Below, in pieces: positions 1-14,118 of a stretch of DNA of 64,000 nucleotides. The position numbers were made by a program, and so were the translations under genes. The stretch is from Tubiluchus corallicola (lineage: Eukaryota; Animalia; Priapulida). Positions within the stretch are counted from its first letter, which is position 1, and the number at the start of each line of letters is the position of its first letter. A model generated the notes under the pieces. That model did not search any database and had not been told where the DNA came from. It saw only the letters and a program-made list of their open reading frames with translations. Location of the stretch: positions 648,269-712,268 of the forward strand of contig JAQGDQ010000075.1 in assembly GCA_030141605.1 (NCBI GenBank), in the 5' to 3' direction.

Positions 1-55
<55 letters not shown>

Positions 56-63
56 ATCTATCT
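1..63. repeat. (TCTG)n microsatellite
   Basis: Tandem TCTG units read directly, ending in TCTA units. Confidence 0.95.
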
Positions 64-489
64 ACTTGTATTGTTTAGGAGATGCGTAATCAAATGATTA
101 AAAATTCGTTAAGGCAAGAAAGTAGATTTGTACCCTCAGGACGATTAGGCAGCGAATCTTTGCAAGTACGCTATAGTGAGTAATTACGGTGTGTTCTTGC
201 CTACCAAAGTTAAGCAATGCCGTGCCTCGCAACTTTGCTGGATGACCTCTTAGGAATTTACTGTTGGGCGATTAATTTTACTGTGATTCCGAATCATTTC
301 GTTTCTCAGTGTTTAGAAAATATATACATGCAATCGAATGTGACTGTGACATCTTTCATTTCAGAGAATTATCTAGATAACGAACTAGGGACTTTATTGG
401 GCAAATTTAGAACTCAATGTATTCACAAATCTATAATAGTTCGCAAAGCCTCGGTGTTTTAATTTCCTAGAATTGAAATTCTGAAAGAA

Positions 490-629
<140 letters not shown>

Positions 630-764
630 AGATAAGGAGAAAGAGAAAAGAGGGAGAGAACAAGAGCGGCTAGCAAAGGAGAGAGCTAAAGAGCAAACAA
701 AAAAGACAATGATATCGAAGGCTTTGTCCTACTAAAATAGCACATTTAGCAATTAAAAACCGTT

Positions 765-955
765 AAAAAATCTTTTTCAGTGAAATGTTTTTTTCTGCGA
801 AATGGGTTTTCTAGGAAAATATTGTTTGGGAAAAAGTTTTTGGGAAAATTTTCTGACATATCTTTTTCTGCGTTATTTTTTCTCAGAGACGATTTTTGTG
901 TGAAAGAAAATTTCTTTGAAAAACCCTTCTGGGAAGCCGGCCTAAGCCTAAGTTT
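765..955. repeat. Degenerate tandem repeat (TTTTCT...GAAAA units), probably the interior of a non-autonomous element
   Basis: Recurrent ttttct/gaaaa motifs ending in cctaagcctaag. Confidence 0.45.
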
Positions 956-1500
956 TATATAACTAATTTTTTCCAATATAACTCGGCTTCTTTGTTCAAT
1001 AGAAAATGTTGTTTACATGCGCGTTTTGAAGTGAATGAATAATTTATCCGATTACCTACAAGTAATTAAGAGTAAAAGCAAAATAGCAAGCCATTTCTGC
1101 AAGCTGTGCAGATATAATCGGTAAATAAAAACTATGGGCAGCTAAAAGAGTATCCATGTATTCTACATGCTATCAATGAAATTATATATCTTCTGTTGTC
1201 ATACTAAGTTACTAGACTAAAAGACGTGCTATTTAAAATAAAAATCTGTTACATGCAAAGGTAAATGCTGTACATGTAGAACAAACGTATCTACCGAAAT
1301 ATTGCTGTTGGTGTTGTCGTTGTCGTCGTCATCGTCGTTGTTGTTGTTATTGTATTTAAGCCTGTAATTGTCAAAGAATGTGTTAATTCCGTTACAGCCG
1401 TTCTACAGATAAAATAACCTGCATAAATATCAACTTGTCATCCTGCCGTCACAGATTTATAACATTGATCAATCACTTAGGGGCTCAAAATTTTTTGAAG

Positions 1501-1519
1501 CTACCAACCTGCCCATCTA
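1501..1519 (-). CDS. Candidate short terminal exon of cassette B (..A-(R)-W-A-G-W-stop)
   Basis: NAGNAG acceptor (ttttagTAG) about 120 nt after the 1639 donor; phase 2 matches; TAG stop at 1503-1501. Very short, so weak. Confidence 0.3.
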
Positions 1520-1639
1520 CTAAAAGTATAATTTATAATCTCCATGCTTTATGATTCAGCAATGCCATGGATCAACTTTTTAATATTGTATCCCACGCAC
1601 AGTTTGCTCTGTTAAATCCACAATATATAATCAACTTAC

Positions 1640-1950
1640 GCGTATGGTAGCCTAAAACGAGTTGGAAAACGGTGGTCTCCTGGATTCCCGTTGAAAGGTG
1701 ACCCGTATTGACTGTGATATCTGTCCAGCACGTTGTACCTGTTGTATCCATTCCCGTACAGTGGTGTAAATACGCACACTTGCTCCACGGTGTTGTCCCT
1801 GTCTGGATAGCCATGTTCTCCAGGACTATTGTTTAAGGGTGAACCATGCAAAGGGTGGTACCTGTTCAAAGGAGTATAGCTTGGACCACGTCCGTGCCCA
1901 AAATTCATATGTGCGTACCCGCGGGACCGCACTCTTGAAATTAGAATAAT
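1640..1950 (-). CDS. Coding exon, cassette B, of an unidentified Gly/Tyr/Pro/His-rich protein (IILISRVRSRGYAHMNFG...RFRLPYA)
   Basis: Acceptor gcttttccag at 1951, donor GTAAGT at 1639, phase 0 to 2. About 87% amino-acid identity (14 substitutions plus a 3-aa indel) to exon 5422-5741, with many synonymous third-position changes. Confidence 0.9.
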
Positions 1951-2653
1951 CTGGAAAAGCAAAGTGCAGGGTTGTAATATTGCTGATGGAACTATAATGC
2001 GCAGATTATATCAGTTTTCACTAAAAAGCAATATGATTGTGTGATTTTAAAAATTCACGCTTAGAAACATACAGTTAAGCGGACACTTTAAGGTAATAAA
2101 ATATTGAATTAGCTATAATACGTTCAACTTTTTCACTTCCTTTATTAAATCTACTTGAATAAAATAAACATTTTACCATTATAGACAACAATAAAATCTC
2201 CACATTTAACTTGACATTCATCGTTGTGGAGTCGCTCTTCCTTCACTGTAGTAAATAAACAAACAAACAAACAAACAAGTACCAACTAATCGGCGGGAAT
2301 CAATATGCCTTTCGATGTCAAGCTCGCATCAATTCTGACTGAGCAACTTCTGAGTTTCCACTATTATGAGAACTACCTCAAACACTTAATATGTTCCAGT
2401 CTAATAATTTAAAGCCTGCGATCTTGTGCATTTGATCTAAGCCATAAATCGTCTCTGATAACATTTATTCCTTTGTATTGTCTAATTTTCCTGACATCAT
2501 CATAATCCGCCCTAATGAGATTTAGCTAAACACCAGACCTAAATAAAAGCGATTACAGTAGCACGTTAATAAGTCAAGGTCTGAAAGGCCAAGGCCAATT
2601 ATCTGTAGAAAGACCCAAAACACACGTAACACAAGTAGGCGTAATTAAGTTTT

Positions 2654-2687
2654 GCATTTCGGTCCATTATTCTTAGGCCATCGTCGC
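2654..2687 (-). ncRNA. Degenerate hammerhead-ribozyme-like motif (Penelope-type remnant)
   Basis: Minus strand gcgacga-tggcc-loop-ggacc-gaaa; the CUGANGA core is mutated. Confidence 0.35.
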
Positions 2688-3579
2688 AATGAATGCCTAG
2701 ACAAAAATAACAAATTGCAAGGGGAACAATATATGAAACGCCAATAAAAACTGAAAAGAGTAGGATTAAAATAAAAGAAAAGCTGGAAAATATTTTTAAC
2801 AAGTGATCAGGATAGTTTCAGTAATTAGGCTATTTTTACTTTGCAGCACTGCTCAATGTTAATATGGGAAAGTTTAATTATATTTACTTGTTTTATGTGG
2901 GCGTCACGTCCGGCTCTACCAGTAGACGTACTAAGCAGTTAATTAGGTCGTCAATTTTTTTGGGGGCGGGGGGGGGGGGCACCAAATTCTGGAAGTATTC
3001 CATAATTTTTAAGTTTACTAGGAGTAATAACACTTTGTACTTTTGCTTTATGCGGTTTCCTAAGATTACATAATTTCACGCAGACATTACTGACGCGTTA
3101 CCCAGCCTTTGCCCACAGTTTCTATATAAGTGCTTATAGAATGACCCTCTCGTTACTAAAAAATTTCTTACAGTAGCATTTATTTAACTAGGCAGATAAA
3201 CCTATAAGTATCGAAATCTTCATGAAGGAATACAGGAAACGAAGGCTGGCTAGTCATAAAAATGCAGTGGGCTCAAAAATTCAATTTCAAATTCAATCAG
3301 CGCAAGCTGTAGATATGTAGTTAACTACACTTATTAGTACAACATAATTCACGCATAAGCCCTACACCCAGGTATCATTATACTTTACTATAATGTTATA
3401 GAAGAAAAATTCAATATTGTGAGCATGGTGGAGACCGTCGGGAAGAGGTTGGCAGTTGAGGAGGGGCGTCAAACTACCTAGAGCCGGCTCTGGTGGGCGT
3501 TGGTTTTCCATAAATGATTAAGTTGCGGTTTCCCCCACAGATGTCAATTACAATCATTTATTGTGGGTTTTTCGTCAGA

Positions 3580-3800
3580 CAGTAGCTTGAATACTCATGG
3601 TGCGTGATTAGTGAGTAAAGTTGAGCAAAACTGGGATTGGTTGGTAAATGGATGGGCGACCAGAAAAATATTTTCTGTACTGCCTCGGCTGTTTATCTCG
3701 CAGATTTGTAGATATCTGAATGTGGCTGAATCACCTTAGTGGATTATCACTGATAACTGGAATGATTCCGTTCTGGCACAAATTCACACTCCACTCAGCG
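3580..3800 (+). mobile_element. SINE copy with tRNA-like/5S rRNA-derived head
   Basis: aagttgagcaa...ggttggtaaatggatgggcgacc resembles the 5S rRNA internal control region; downstream gtttatctcg body is shared with other copies. Confidence 0.6.
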
Positions 3801-4864
3801 TTAGATTCCCTACTGCTCTTGATTTCCTAACCTTGACAACGAAATTCTGTTCCCCAAGCGCAACAGTACAAAGAGATCTTTATAAAAAAGTTTATAATAA
3901 CAACTTGGTCTGTTAACTTGAATACTTCTTTCATAACTTTGATTTCCTTACTGTTAGTTTGAAATGGCGTACACAAATTGGATGTTTATATGGCGTATCG
4001 GAGTTTATGAAAGCTGGAAGGTCTCTTAACAAATATTATGTAGGACTCCCATCACACAGAGCTTTGTTATGTCCATAATTTGCTTAGCCTTGCTGCCCTA
4101 CCTGCGGTTAGTAGTATCATCTCATCATTGTCTGCTACGGGTAAGTGGCACACTTCCTGGAATAAGTGCCGTCCATTATCAGCTAAATTAGCGTTTATCA
4201 TAATAAGATCAGCTTATTGGGATCTATTTTATTATTTCTGAACCAAATGCGTTTTCATTTAGGAAGTATATTAGCATTTTTCAATGTTATCAAGTAAATT
4301 TCTAGTATTACTTTTTGACTAGACATGAAACTTGAACATAAACTTGTAAAAATCACTAACGGAAAACAAAATTTGTAATTTATTAGAATGATACTTTTAA
4401 TAAATATATATAAACTATAGAGCGAAGATGAGAGTTGCAAATGTAGACGTAATATATAAAACTAATGAGTTAAAATGTAAAAATGGTCAATATTCTACGA
4501 TTAAGCACGTTTTGCACAAGGCGTCCATATAAAAATGTCGCAGCTTGTTTTCGCTATAATTGATAAATGTTTTTTTCATTTTGACAAAATTGAATAAAGT
4601 TTTCATGTAGCGTACACATTGCAAACATAATCAACATGTTACACAATCACCACCAATCAACGCTTTGCCACAGAAATGCAACGAAAAATCTGGGTTTTGC
4701 TATTTTGTCAGCGTATGTAGCCGTCGCTTCTAGACGAAGATAAGTTACGTATTGCCTATGAGCGTTTCATAAATAAAGAAAATGCTGTATTCGTTTTTAT
4801 AATTTTGCCAGACCCCTTGAAGAAAAATAAATTAACGATAGATGTATAATGTAGTCCACTTTAT

Positions 4865-5003
4865 TTAGCCAGCCACTGTAGTTGTTGTAGCACAGTAGAG
4901 AATGTAGGGGTTATAATTATTCCCTCCATATCCTCCACTGTGACTTCCACCTCCATATCCGTATCCAGATCCATATTGCAAACCATAATTTCTTCCTGAA
5001 GGT
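4865..5003 (-). CDS. Terminal coding exon of cassette A: PSGRNYGLQYGSGYGYGGGSHSGGYGGNNYNPYILYCATTTTVAG-stop (Gly/Tyr-rich tail)
   Basis: Acceptor tttttacag at 5004; phase 2 matches the donor at 5421; open to TAA 4867-4865; AATAAA overlaps the stop. Confidence 0.85.
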
Positions 5004-5421
5004 CTGTAAAAATATTGTTTACTTTTTCAGTAAGAAAAGGAATTTTTTAATTGTGTGTTCATGCAGAAATAATTTAATATGATAAAAAAACAACTAGAAT
5101 GAGGAAAGAAAATGAATAAGAAAACGTGATGGTGGAAAAGCAAATGGATTGTGAGAGAAAGTGGAAAGGTCAAAGATAAAGTGATAAGAGTAAGAAAAGA
5201 AGTTAATAAAATAACAAACACATTTGTTAAGAACTGAAATAGGTTTGAGGTCCTGACTAGAAGTTTTTAAACGCTGGCGCTTAAAAACACGTTTCAAAAA
5301 AAACTTGCTGCAGTATTCTAGTGATTATCACCAAAGTTCAAACTTTGAATGTTAGGTTATATACATATCTACATGTACAAATTTCAGTACTTGCGCACGA
5401 TATTATTTCTGTCAAACTTAC

Positions 5422-5741
5422 GCATAGGGCAACCGGAAACGAGTTGGATACTGATGGTCTCCTGGATTCGCATTGAAAGGTGATCCATACTGACTATGGT
5501 ATCTGTTCAGAACGCTGTACCGACGATAACCTGACCCGTACAATGGTGTGAATACGCACACTTGTTCCACAGTATTATCCCTATCTGGATAACCATGTTC
5601 TCCAGGACTGTTGTTTAAGGGTGATCCATACAGAGGGTGGTATCTGTTGAGAGGAGTGTAGCTTGGACCATGCCCGCCGTATCCGTGCCCAAAGTTCATG
5701 TGCGCATAACCCGCTGATCTTGCTTTAGGAATTAGCGTAAT
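5422..5741 (-). CDS. Coding exon, cassette A, of the same unidentified protein (ITLIPKARSAGYAHMNFG...RFRLPYA)
   Basis: Acceptor aattttcag at 5742, donor GTAAGT at 5421; paralogous to 1640-1950 with identical splice positions and phases. Confidence 0.9.
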
Positions 5742-8700
5742 CTGAAAATTCAGTTTTGTTTTTAACAATAATTTTCTTATCTTGTAATATAAATTTTGTC
5801 AAATCCCGGACTAGCAGTGCAGTATAATGTACATTGTTTAAATCCAGTCAATTGATGCAAAAATGTGTCATTTTTTAGTGTTTTACATTTTCATTCAGGA
5901 TAACACTTAATTACAATATTAACTAAGAACTAGACTTCTCTTACATATTTTATTAATATAGATTATTAGTAAATTGGGCAGCAAGACATTATGCAGTCAT
6001 ATTAACCATCTTTAAAAAGAAATCATTGTAGCATCTCAAAACTGACTTCGCAATAAGTTATTTAACTTTTGTGTTTTGTTTTACGTTTTCTAAAATAATA
6101 AACTTCGAACATTTTTCTAAAAACGCGTTAAAAGTTTTGCTTGGCAAGGCGATAAGTGATCATGATTTGTTCATCGGCCATCAACAGCTTTAGAAAGCTT
6201 TTCCACATTCTCGGTTTGTGGTTGTTGCCTTCTTAATTAGTAATTTAAGTTTTTGTTATATTTTGATTATCTGTTGTTATCGTTTTGATTTGCGGTGGCG
6301 AGTGGTATCCCTAGATTAGCTTCTTTTTCACGTCTTTGTATAGGTTGAATCCATGGTAAAAAGTATAGTTCAGTAATTTAAAAAGAAGTTCACTAAGGAT
6401 TTACAACCATGGCTTGGACTGGCTCTCACATTAAATATAAATAGATCAAGGTAGAAAACTCATGTTTACTTACTTTATTCAAGTTAATTTAACGTTATGC
6501 TATACACGAATGGCCACATATACTATTTTGACAGCAAATATATTTATTTGCTTTTCATTAATTCAGTTGAATTTCAACTTTTTATTTGAGTCCTGCAGCA
6601 ATTACAAAAAAGGTTCGAAGAAAAATACAGTTAAAACATACCGGATTGCTGCATTAGATGCGAAGCGCTGTTAAAAAGAGTGTCGTTCATTATTAAATAC
6701 AACCCTACTAATCATCTTTATTAATTAACGCTATCATACCAGTATGAGAGACGAAGCGAGAATACTAGTGTAGGATCCAGAAATTTTGGCACCAAGAAGC
6801 AACATCGTCTTGTCCTCTTTATATCTTTCCCTTACTCAATAATGATAGTACACTGAAGTGAAAACTACCAGAGGTAAGGCACCTCTGAAACCCTAACACA
6901 AATGCCATTGCAGAAAGAATCGCGTCCATTTTCAGGGTAAAAAATTTGGGTCAGTCAGGTTACGGTCAATATCAATGAGAACCCCAAGTTCATATGGCGC
7001 ATCCATTGACCATTATTTTTTCATTACAAATCCACACTTAGATCTGTATCAAACTCATGTAACAGTTGTGGACACAAATTCTTTTCTGGGAAACGAGAAA
7101 GAAACATAACTCTTCTTTATATGGCCACTTTCACGAAAGAAAATATTGGAAACTCCCCAAGGGTCGAGCTCCCATGTTTTTGTTGTAACATTTTTATTGT
7201 ATTTGTGAACATGCACAGAGCTTCAATTCATTAAGTCACACAAAGAAAATCTCATTTGTAAACACTGTTCCTGAGTTAATTGCCTGGAAAGTAATTTTGC
7301 CACTTGGTTAAACGCATGTACAAGTATGTCCGTTGCACCAGTAATATGTTGCTTTTCCTGGAACATTGTATACTTGCTGTATGCCTTTTTCTTTTCGTTT
7401 AGGCGTTTTACTGTGATCATTACAGTGGTATGTTATACATTTAAATATTTTTTGCCTCATACGTCAGAGAGTTCATTAAATTTTGTTAAATCATGCAGCA
7501 ATGTCAACAAAATGAACGGTTTATAGTTTTCAAACGCAACAAAAAGAACGGTTTACAGATTTTAAATGCAATATAGTGCAAATAAAACTATACGAAAGTT
7601 GTTGTATAATTGTAGAATTGTAGGTTTTGTCATCATTGTCACTCCTGCCACGGCCGCTGTCGCCACTCATTTACCGTCGTCATGTTGGTTTTACTTAAAT
7701 TTTATTTTGAATTATGGCACTCTAAAAAGGATAAAATCGTCAGATACTATAATTGTTGGTTCTTAAAGGAAACATTAACGTAAGTTTCAATCCTGTTGCA
7801 TCTATTTTCACACTAAAATGTTACTTGGGCAAAAACAAAATTTATTATATTTATTCACCCTCACTGTATAGATCCTTTGAAGCGATTTCAATTGTTTAAA
7901 TTGGCGTATTATAACTATTTAGTTACATTTTATTGTTGCACGTTTTATCCCTATACTAATTTTGACATTGAACTGGTAGCTGGCAAAAATTTTTACTTTG
8001 TAAATGAAATTATTAATTTGAACTTCAGGGCGGTTTTGTTTGCAGGTGGGTACAGAAAAGTGGTGTTATCGCGTTATTTAAATTTATCTAAAGTAAAAAA
8101 GCGAATATCGTTGATCACTGATCAGTTATCATTGCTTAGTTAACATAGTTGTAACAACCGTAAAGTCCATCATAATACGATGATATTATTAGATGCCTCA
8201 GTAGAATCGATGACTTTTCTAATCATAAACTAGCAAAAAATAGTTCTATTTGTTTGATAAAAGTTTCCCCTTCAGTATGACTTTAAACCACTAGTTTGGT
8301 GAAGTGGAAAGCCCTATGCTCCTAATAACGCCTTCGTTTGACTCATATTGAATATAAGCGCACGTTCAGATGTTTTTTCTTTCAAGTGGTCCAGTCGTCC
8401 AAGTGGCAATCTACTTTTAAGTGATCTATATTTGATTGGTCTATTTTTTTAAATGGTTGCCTTTAGAGTCCTATACAAACAATGAGTTAATCAAAAGAAA
8501 ATGATCTGAAGAGACTGGTCGTGCTGTGTACACGCAGTGTGAACCCGACCTAATATCAGTTACTATTGCTATTTTGCATTAACTATTTTGTGAAATCAAA
8601 CGATTCCTTTAATGTCATCGCATAGACCATGAGCGAATGATTAATAACTATCTATATTCTCTGTATATGTCCTCTGACCTCTCCATACGGAACGCAATCA

Positions 8701-9300
8701 CTCTGCTCCGTCTCCCAAAGGTCTTGAGACCACGGAATTTCATCAAGACGATTTCTAGCTCTCCCTGCCCTAAATTGCCATATTCAATTTACTGCATTCC
8801 GGCGCAGAGCTTTGGGACACCGACTGCTAATTCGTTATTATGATAATGTATGTCCCACGCGTCAAAACGTCTAATAAACTTGGACTGCACCCTTCCGCTA
8901 CGCGCTATTCATTGCCATTTACACCAGACAAATCTTGGGCTCAGTGTCATTCGCAAGTCATAATATATACAATAATTGTATTTCAGATGCAATTTGGGGC
9001 CAAGCCTTCCACCATTGTTTAAAGTCATAAGACGGAGAGTTGACGAATGCGATGTTATTGACTGAACTTACAAGCTCATATCCCTAGTCAATTCCTTGTA
9101 ATTTGTTTCATATTGAGCTCGAAATTGGCTTACAAGTATCTAATCGTGGATAGTAACTGAGCCGAACAAATACAGATAAATTGAGACATCTGGAAGAATT
9201 CGTTTCCCAGCTTGCAATTTGGCATTGTGCGCAGAAGTTTTTTTGCTTTTTGCGAAACAAATTAGAAAATGTGCGGATTTTCATTCAATACACATAGCCT

Positions 9301-9555
9301 ACTCCGGTGTACCAAAAATCTTGTCACAATATTGGTACCGATATTGCCACAACATTGTAAAAAAAATTTGACAATATTTTTTTGCATATTGTGACAATGT
9401 TGTGCCGATATTGTCACAACATTGTCACAATATGGAAAACCATTGACAAAAAATGTTGGTACATTGTTGTGGCAAGTCCACATTTCTATACTGTCCCAAT
9501 ATTTGCAAAAATATATTGACAACATTGTGCCAATTTGCCGTGCAGCCTGGGTACA
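9301..9555. repeat. Non-autonomous element with internal tandem ttgtcacaatattg-like units
   Basis: Multiple degenerate TTGTCACAA/CAATATTG units; ends show only weak inverted similarity. Confidence 0.5.
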
Positions 9556-10269
9556 ACTGGTGCACCTGAAACAGTTGTTGTGCTTCACCAACATGTTAAA
9601 AAAACAACCTTCAACAACACGCTCTTAGTAGTGCCATTATTTTACTCTTGCTAATATAAGCGTACATTCCGATATTTAATTTTTCAAGGTGTTTGAAAAT
9701 TTCAAAAAGGTATTCAAAACTAACAAGACGACTGAAAAGAACAAAGTGCTTCGTTTTCTCTGAGACTCACTAATAGTTCGGATATGGTTCCCTTCACAAT
9801 TTTTTCTGGATATGGACCACGTACCCTTGGCTTCCCAAAACTAAAGCTGTACATATTACACCTTCTCCAGAATCAACTTTCAATTTACTATATTATTTAT
9901 ACTTTTTTTACTAATATATTATTCAACTTATATATCAAAATTGAAATGTTAGTATTGTGACAAAGACTATGCTGCGACGTGAGATATTTATTTATGTTAA
10001 TAAGAGTTATTATGTTAATATGTTTTGTTAATTAGGAGTTGAAAAGAGTAAAAAGAAGGAGTAACGGAGTAAAAGAAAACATTGTTAAATTTTTTTTAGA
10101 TTAAATTAGATTATATTCTTTTTCACAACACCTAAGTCAGAAATTACGTAAAAATGCACATAATTACAAGTAAACACAATTAATAATAGAATTTATTATT
10201 GATATATAGATTATACTACAATTACATACATACAACAAAATACAAAACAGAGCTATTATAGTATAGCTA

Positions 10270-11260
10270 TTAAAAGAATTTCGTCTTACTTGTTGGCTGT
10301 CACAGTGTTGACAGACTCTCATATTCACAGGGACTTTATGTAGTTGGTACCGTCCTTTTCCTATTAGTAAGTTATGTGCACTTATTCGCAGCTTCGTGCG
10401 CTTTCAGATTTGTTATTAATAAAATGTAAATAGTTTTCTTGCTTAAATTCTGATTTAAACTTGCAATAGGTGCACAGTTCATTGTTTTCGTTATTATACC
10501 TGCCTATTTTTAAAATGTAATGTTATACTTCCAAAGATCGCTGTAGGCCGCTTATAGCTTAAATTTTACTGCACGAATGAACTGGACTTCATGCATCATG
10601 CGGTGGTTTTCTCAGAGATGTAAGAAACCAGTGTGATATAGGATGTTTTTTACAAAGGTTAGCCAGCATGACATGTTAGTATTAACAAAATTCAAGTTTT
10701 CTTGATAAGTTTGATATATTAGTGTGTTACTTGGGACTGATAATAGTCGTATCCAGTATTTTAGAATTTTTGGAATTATTTCAATATAAAATGGATAGCG
10801 ACCCAATTCACCACGGACGGCATTATTGACAGTATTTCTTCCGACACCTAATGCGAACTTACAATATTTTATGCTTAATAATTCTGCTGGGATTGAGTCA
10901 TAAACATTTTCTATGCAAATTATATTGTTAACTGTAACTTTATGATTATTAAAAGAAAGCGCTGACCAGATTTCTGAAGCGCAGAGTGCTACTGGTTTAA
11001 TTAAAGTGCCAAAAAGTTTAGTCAAAGTGTTAACATTGGTGTTCAGGTTCCAAAATATTTGCCTAAATTTAAAGGGAGCATTCATTGCCTTATTATAAAG
11101 ATCGTGTCTGGCTGTCCCGAAAAACGACTTCCACTAAAATTTAGTCCTAAAACGTATAGTTTTGTACTGTACTACGTCTACTATGTCGCTGCCTAATCTG
11201 AAGAGAGGTTTAGTAATTTTATATCCTCCTTTATTAAAAATTATTATGTTAGTTTTTTTC
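10270..11260 (-). mobile_element. Decayed non-LTR retrotransposon (LINE) ORF2 C-terminal fragment
   Basis: ORF 10612-11085 contains KLFGTLIKPV..SEIW, KYCKFALGV..AVRGELGRYP..KYW; downstream KLRISAHNLLIGKGRY..RVCQHC. These are typical post-RT LINE motifs; frameshifted. Confidence 0.85.
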
Positions 11261-12995
11261 TATATTTCACATAAATCATAATTACATGCACTTTTAATTA
11301 CTATGGTTTAACTACATTAATTACTGTTTTTTGTTCTACAGAATGCATATCAACAAGGATGAAACGACAAGAGTTTGCATGTGCAGTTTTTCGACTCAAT
11401 TTAAAACACTTTTCTAGCATACCACAGGCAGTTTCATAAGATCTTTTTAAATGTTTGGTAATCCGTAATTTCTTTTGTTTTACGGTTATACTCTAATAGT
11501 GTAGTTTCTCTCACACCTTTATCTACGTTTTCAGGTTCATTAATCTATCAAATTTATACAACTGTAATATATACTTGTTATTCAGCATCACCAACTTTCA
11601 GGAAATTTTATTTTCCTTTGCAAGTTTTAGCACTAGATACAACTGAATGTGCAAAATGATGAAATAAATTTACCGCTATATTGTTTCTGAGAGGTAAAAA
11701 TCTTTATTGAACTTCACACATCACATTTTTACTCCATATTCATCGGGGTATTTGTGCGACAAAAACGTGTCTTGCTACTTGCTATATATGTGTAGTATTC
11801 ATGGCTTGTTGAACTCAAGATTGCCAATCATGGAACTATTGTGATATTATTAGGTATAATGTTCACGTCTGGATCTCGTATTCACTAACCATTTATGCTT
11901 TATCACCGAAGACAAGACTGTATTCCTATATACGCTAAGTCAAATAAGTTTTGAATTATTTTATTCTTGATTATGTACTGATTTTGTATTGACTGATCCC
12001 CGTTGCCTACGAGGCAAATTCTGTGTGCAACAACTTGTGACACAGATTTTTGCTCCTGTGCCTGCTCGATAAACGCCGTTTTTCCGACTTTACAGCAAGC
12101 AGATTTTTTATTAAACGTGCTTAATTTTCTGTCTCACCCAAACTTGTCACTCGATATGATGCATCACACAAAACTATACAGATCAGACGAATAAAATGTA
12201 ATCGATTTGTTACATGTCATCTAGTAAATGTTTATTGTTGTTACCTATGCAAAAGTAGCTTCATACAAAAGTCTGCCGTGTGCGTGCGTGCAAATTTTGT
12301 GTGAAAGAGTTTGCGTCAGACATTCTGCTTTACAGATTTTTGGCATGCAAAATTATAGTCCTTTTACGACGAAAATTATTCGGTAAATAGCGTTTTTACA
12401 AAGTTTTGTTTTCATTATTTGATTATAACGTTATTACGTAGTTTAAACTACGTTTACAGATAGGGTGCACAATTGTTTTTGTTATTAACCCAACTATTGT
12501 CGCTATAACTCTATACTGATTTACGATTAAAATCTACATACATTTGCCTGTTGTGTACATAGCTGCATTTGTGTGTGGCGCATATGTTACAGGCAAAGTG
12601 TGAAATAAGATGTTCTAAAACGCCCAGTCATTTTATAGAATGCCAAAATAAACCAGTAAAGTGTATAAATTAGTTCCTTTTACACTTTCCCTAGACACTA
12701 TATACAATGCAAAGGTCCCTCTAGGCAAAGCGTGTAATTCTTAGATTTTAAGTATACCTTTCCTAGGCATCTTGTAGAATCTTGAATAAATTTTAGTTAA
12801 TATAAAAATAAAACAAATGTTCAATTGTTCAATTGTTCAACCTAATTTTCCTAGGCATTTTATATAATCTAATTTAATTTTAGGGAATGTGTGAAATTGA
12901 ATTAAGTCATGTTTTAATGCACTTGCAAATTTACGTGATTCGTAGGTTGGCTTTATCTCGTGACCAAGAATTCTGTCGTTTCTCTTCTGCGGTGG

Positions 12996-13126
<131 letters not shown>

Positions 13127-13927
13127 CAAGCCTTGTGGTCTGCTGTGCAGGCTGTATTTCGCAAACTCTTTCATTCAAATGGTCTAATTTTAATTTATCT
13201 CAAAAAATACGTTCTCTGCACATCAAATTTCTGTTATTAATCTCTTTTTCTTCCATGACAACACCAGTCATGTCATTTAAACTATGCACAACATTAAAAA
13301 TTATATTTACGCAAGCTCTAAGTGGAAGGTGATTGAGCAGCATGTCAGAGATAGTGATGTTGTGCCTATTACCAGTAAAACAAAATTTTAACTCAACTGT
13401 TTACTTGGACAGCTTTAGTTTAAGTAATTGCTATGTTTCGTACACTGACTCAGTCGTTGCAAACATTCTATACAATGCCTAGGTAATTTACAAAATGGGT
13501 AGGAAAAGTTCGATTCAACGCGAATCATGTTTATTTTACACGTTACCAAAGTCACTTTGTGCATTTATGTAAATTCTAGCTATTATACAAAACACCTATG
13601 TAAAGCTTGAAAAAGTTGAAGCAGGAAAGATTTATTTCACACTTTTCCCGAAGCGCACAGGTATTACGTGAAATACCCAGGAACTTTATAAATGTCTAAA
13701 TTTTACACATTGCGGATAACACATATATAACGAATTTGAAATTTCTTCTTTTTTGTTCCGGAAATGACATTGATTGTATTACGAAATCGAGTTTGTTTAG
13801 TCGAAATTGAATTTGTTTATTCTGAAAATGACATTGATAATTACGAATAAGAAATTAATTATTCCGAATTTGATGTTGTAATGGTACATAGATGAGTTGG
13901 CATATTGCGCTATGTAGAGATACTATG

Positions 13928-14118
13928 TTAAACAGAACCTATACGTGGAAATCTTTTAGTTGTTGCAGTTATTCCTCCAAAAAATAGATAACAAGAAAGG
14001 CAGGAACTAGCCGCCATACAAAGAGAGACAGAGCAGCGAAATATGGCAACGATAATAATAGCAACCGTAGTAACATTGTCGTCGTTATCATTTTCTTTTG
14101 CAACTCCAGGTGGTAAAT
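13928..14118 (-). CDS. Putative orphan terminal exon encoding a transmembrane segment (DLPPGVAKENDNDDNVTTVAIIIVAIFRCSVSLCMAASSCLSCYLFFGG...SV-stop); possibly pseudogenic
   Basis: Acceptor ttcctaacag, phase 1, 63 codons including the TAA. Acidic linker, hydrophobic stretch, short basic tail. No confirmed upstream exon. Confidence 0.4.

Noticed and set aside
2962-2979. Poly-G tracts (also near 15551-15562) as G-quadruplex elements
   Set aside because: Isolated G runs are common in invertebrate genomes; no functional context.
3600-3665. 5S rRNA gene
   Set aside because: Only the internal control region resembles 5S, and the copies are divergent and dispersed; called as SINE.
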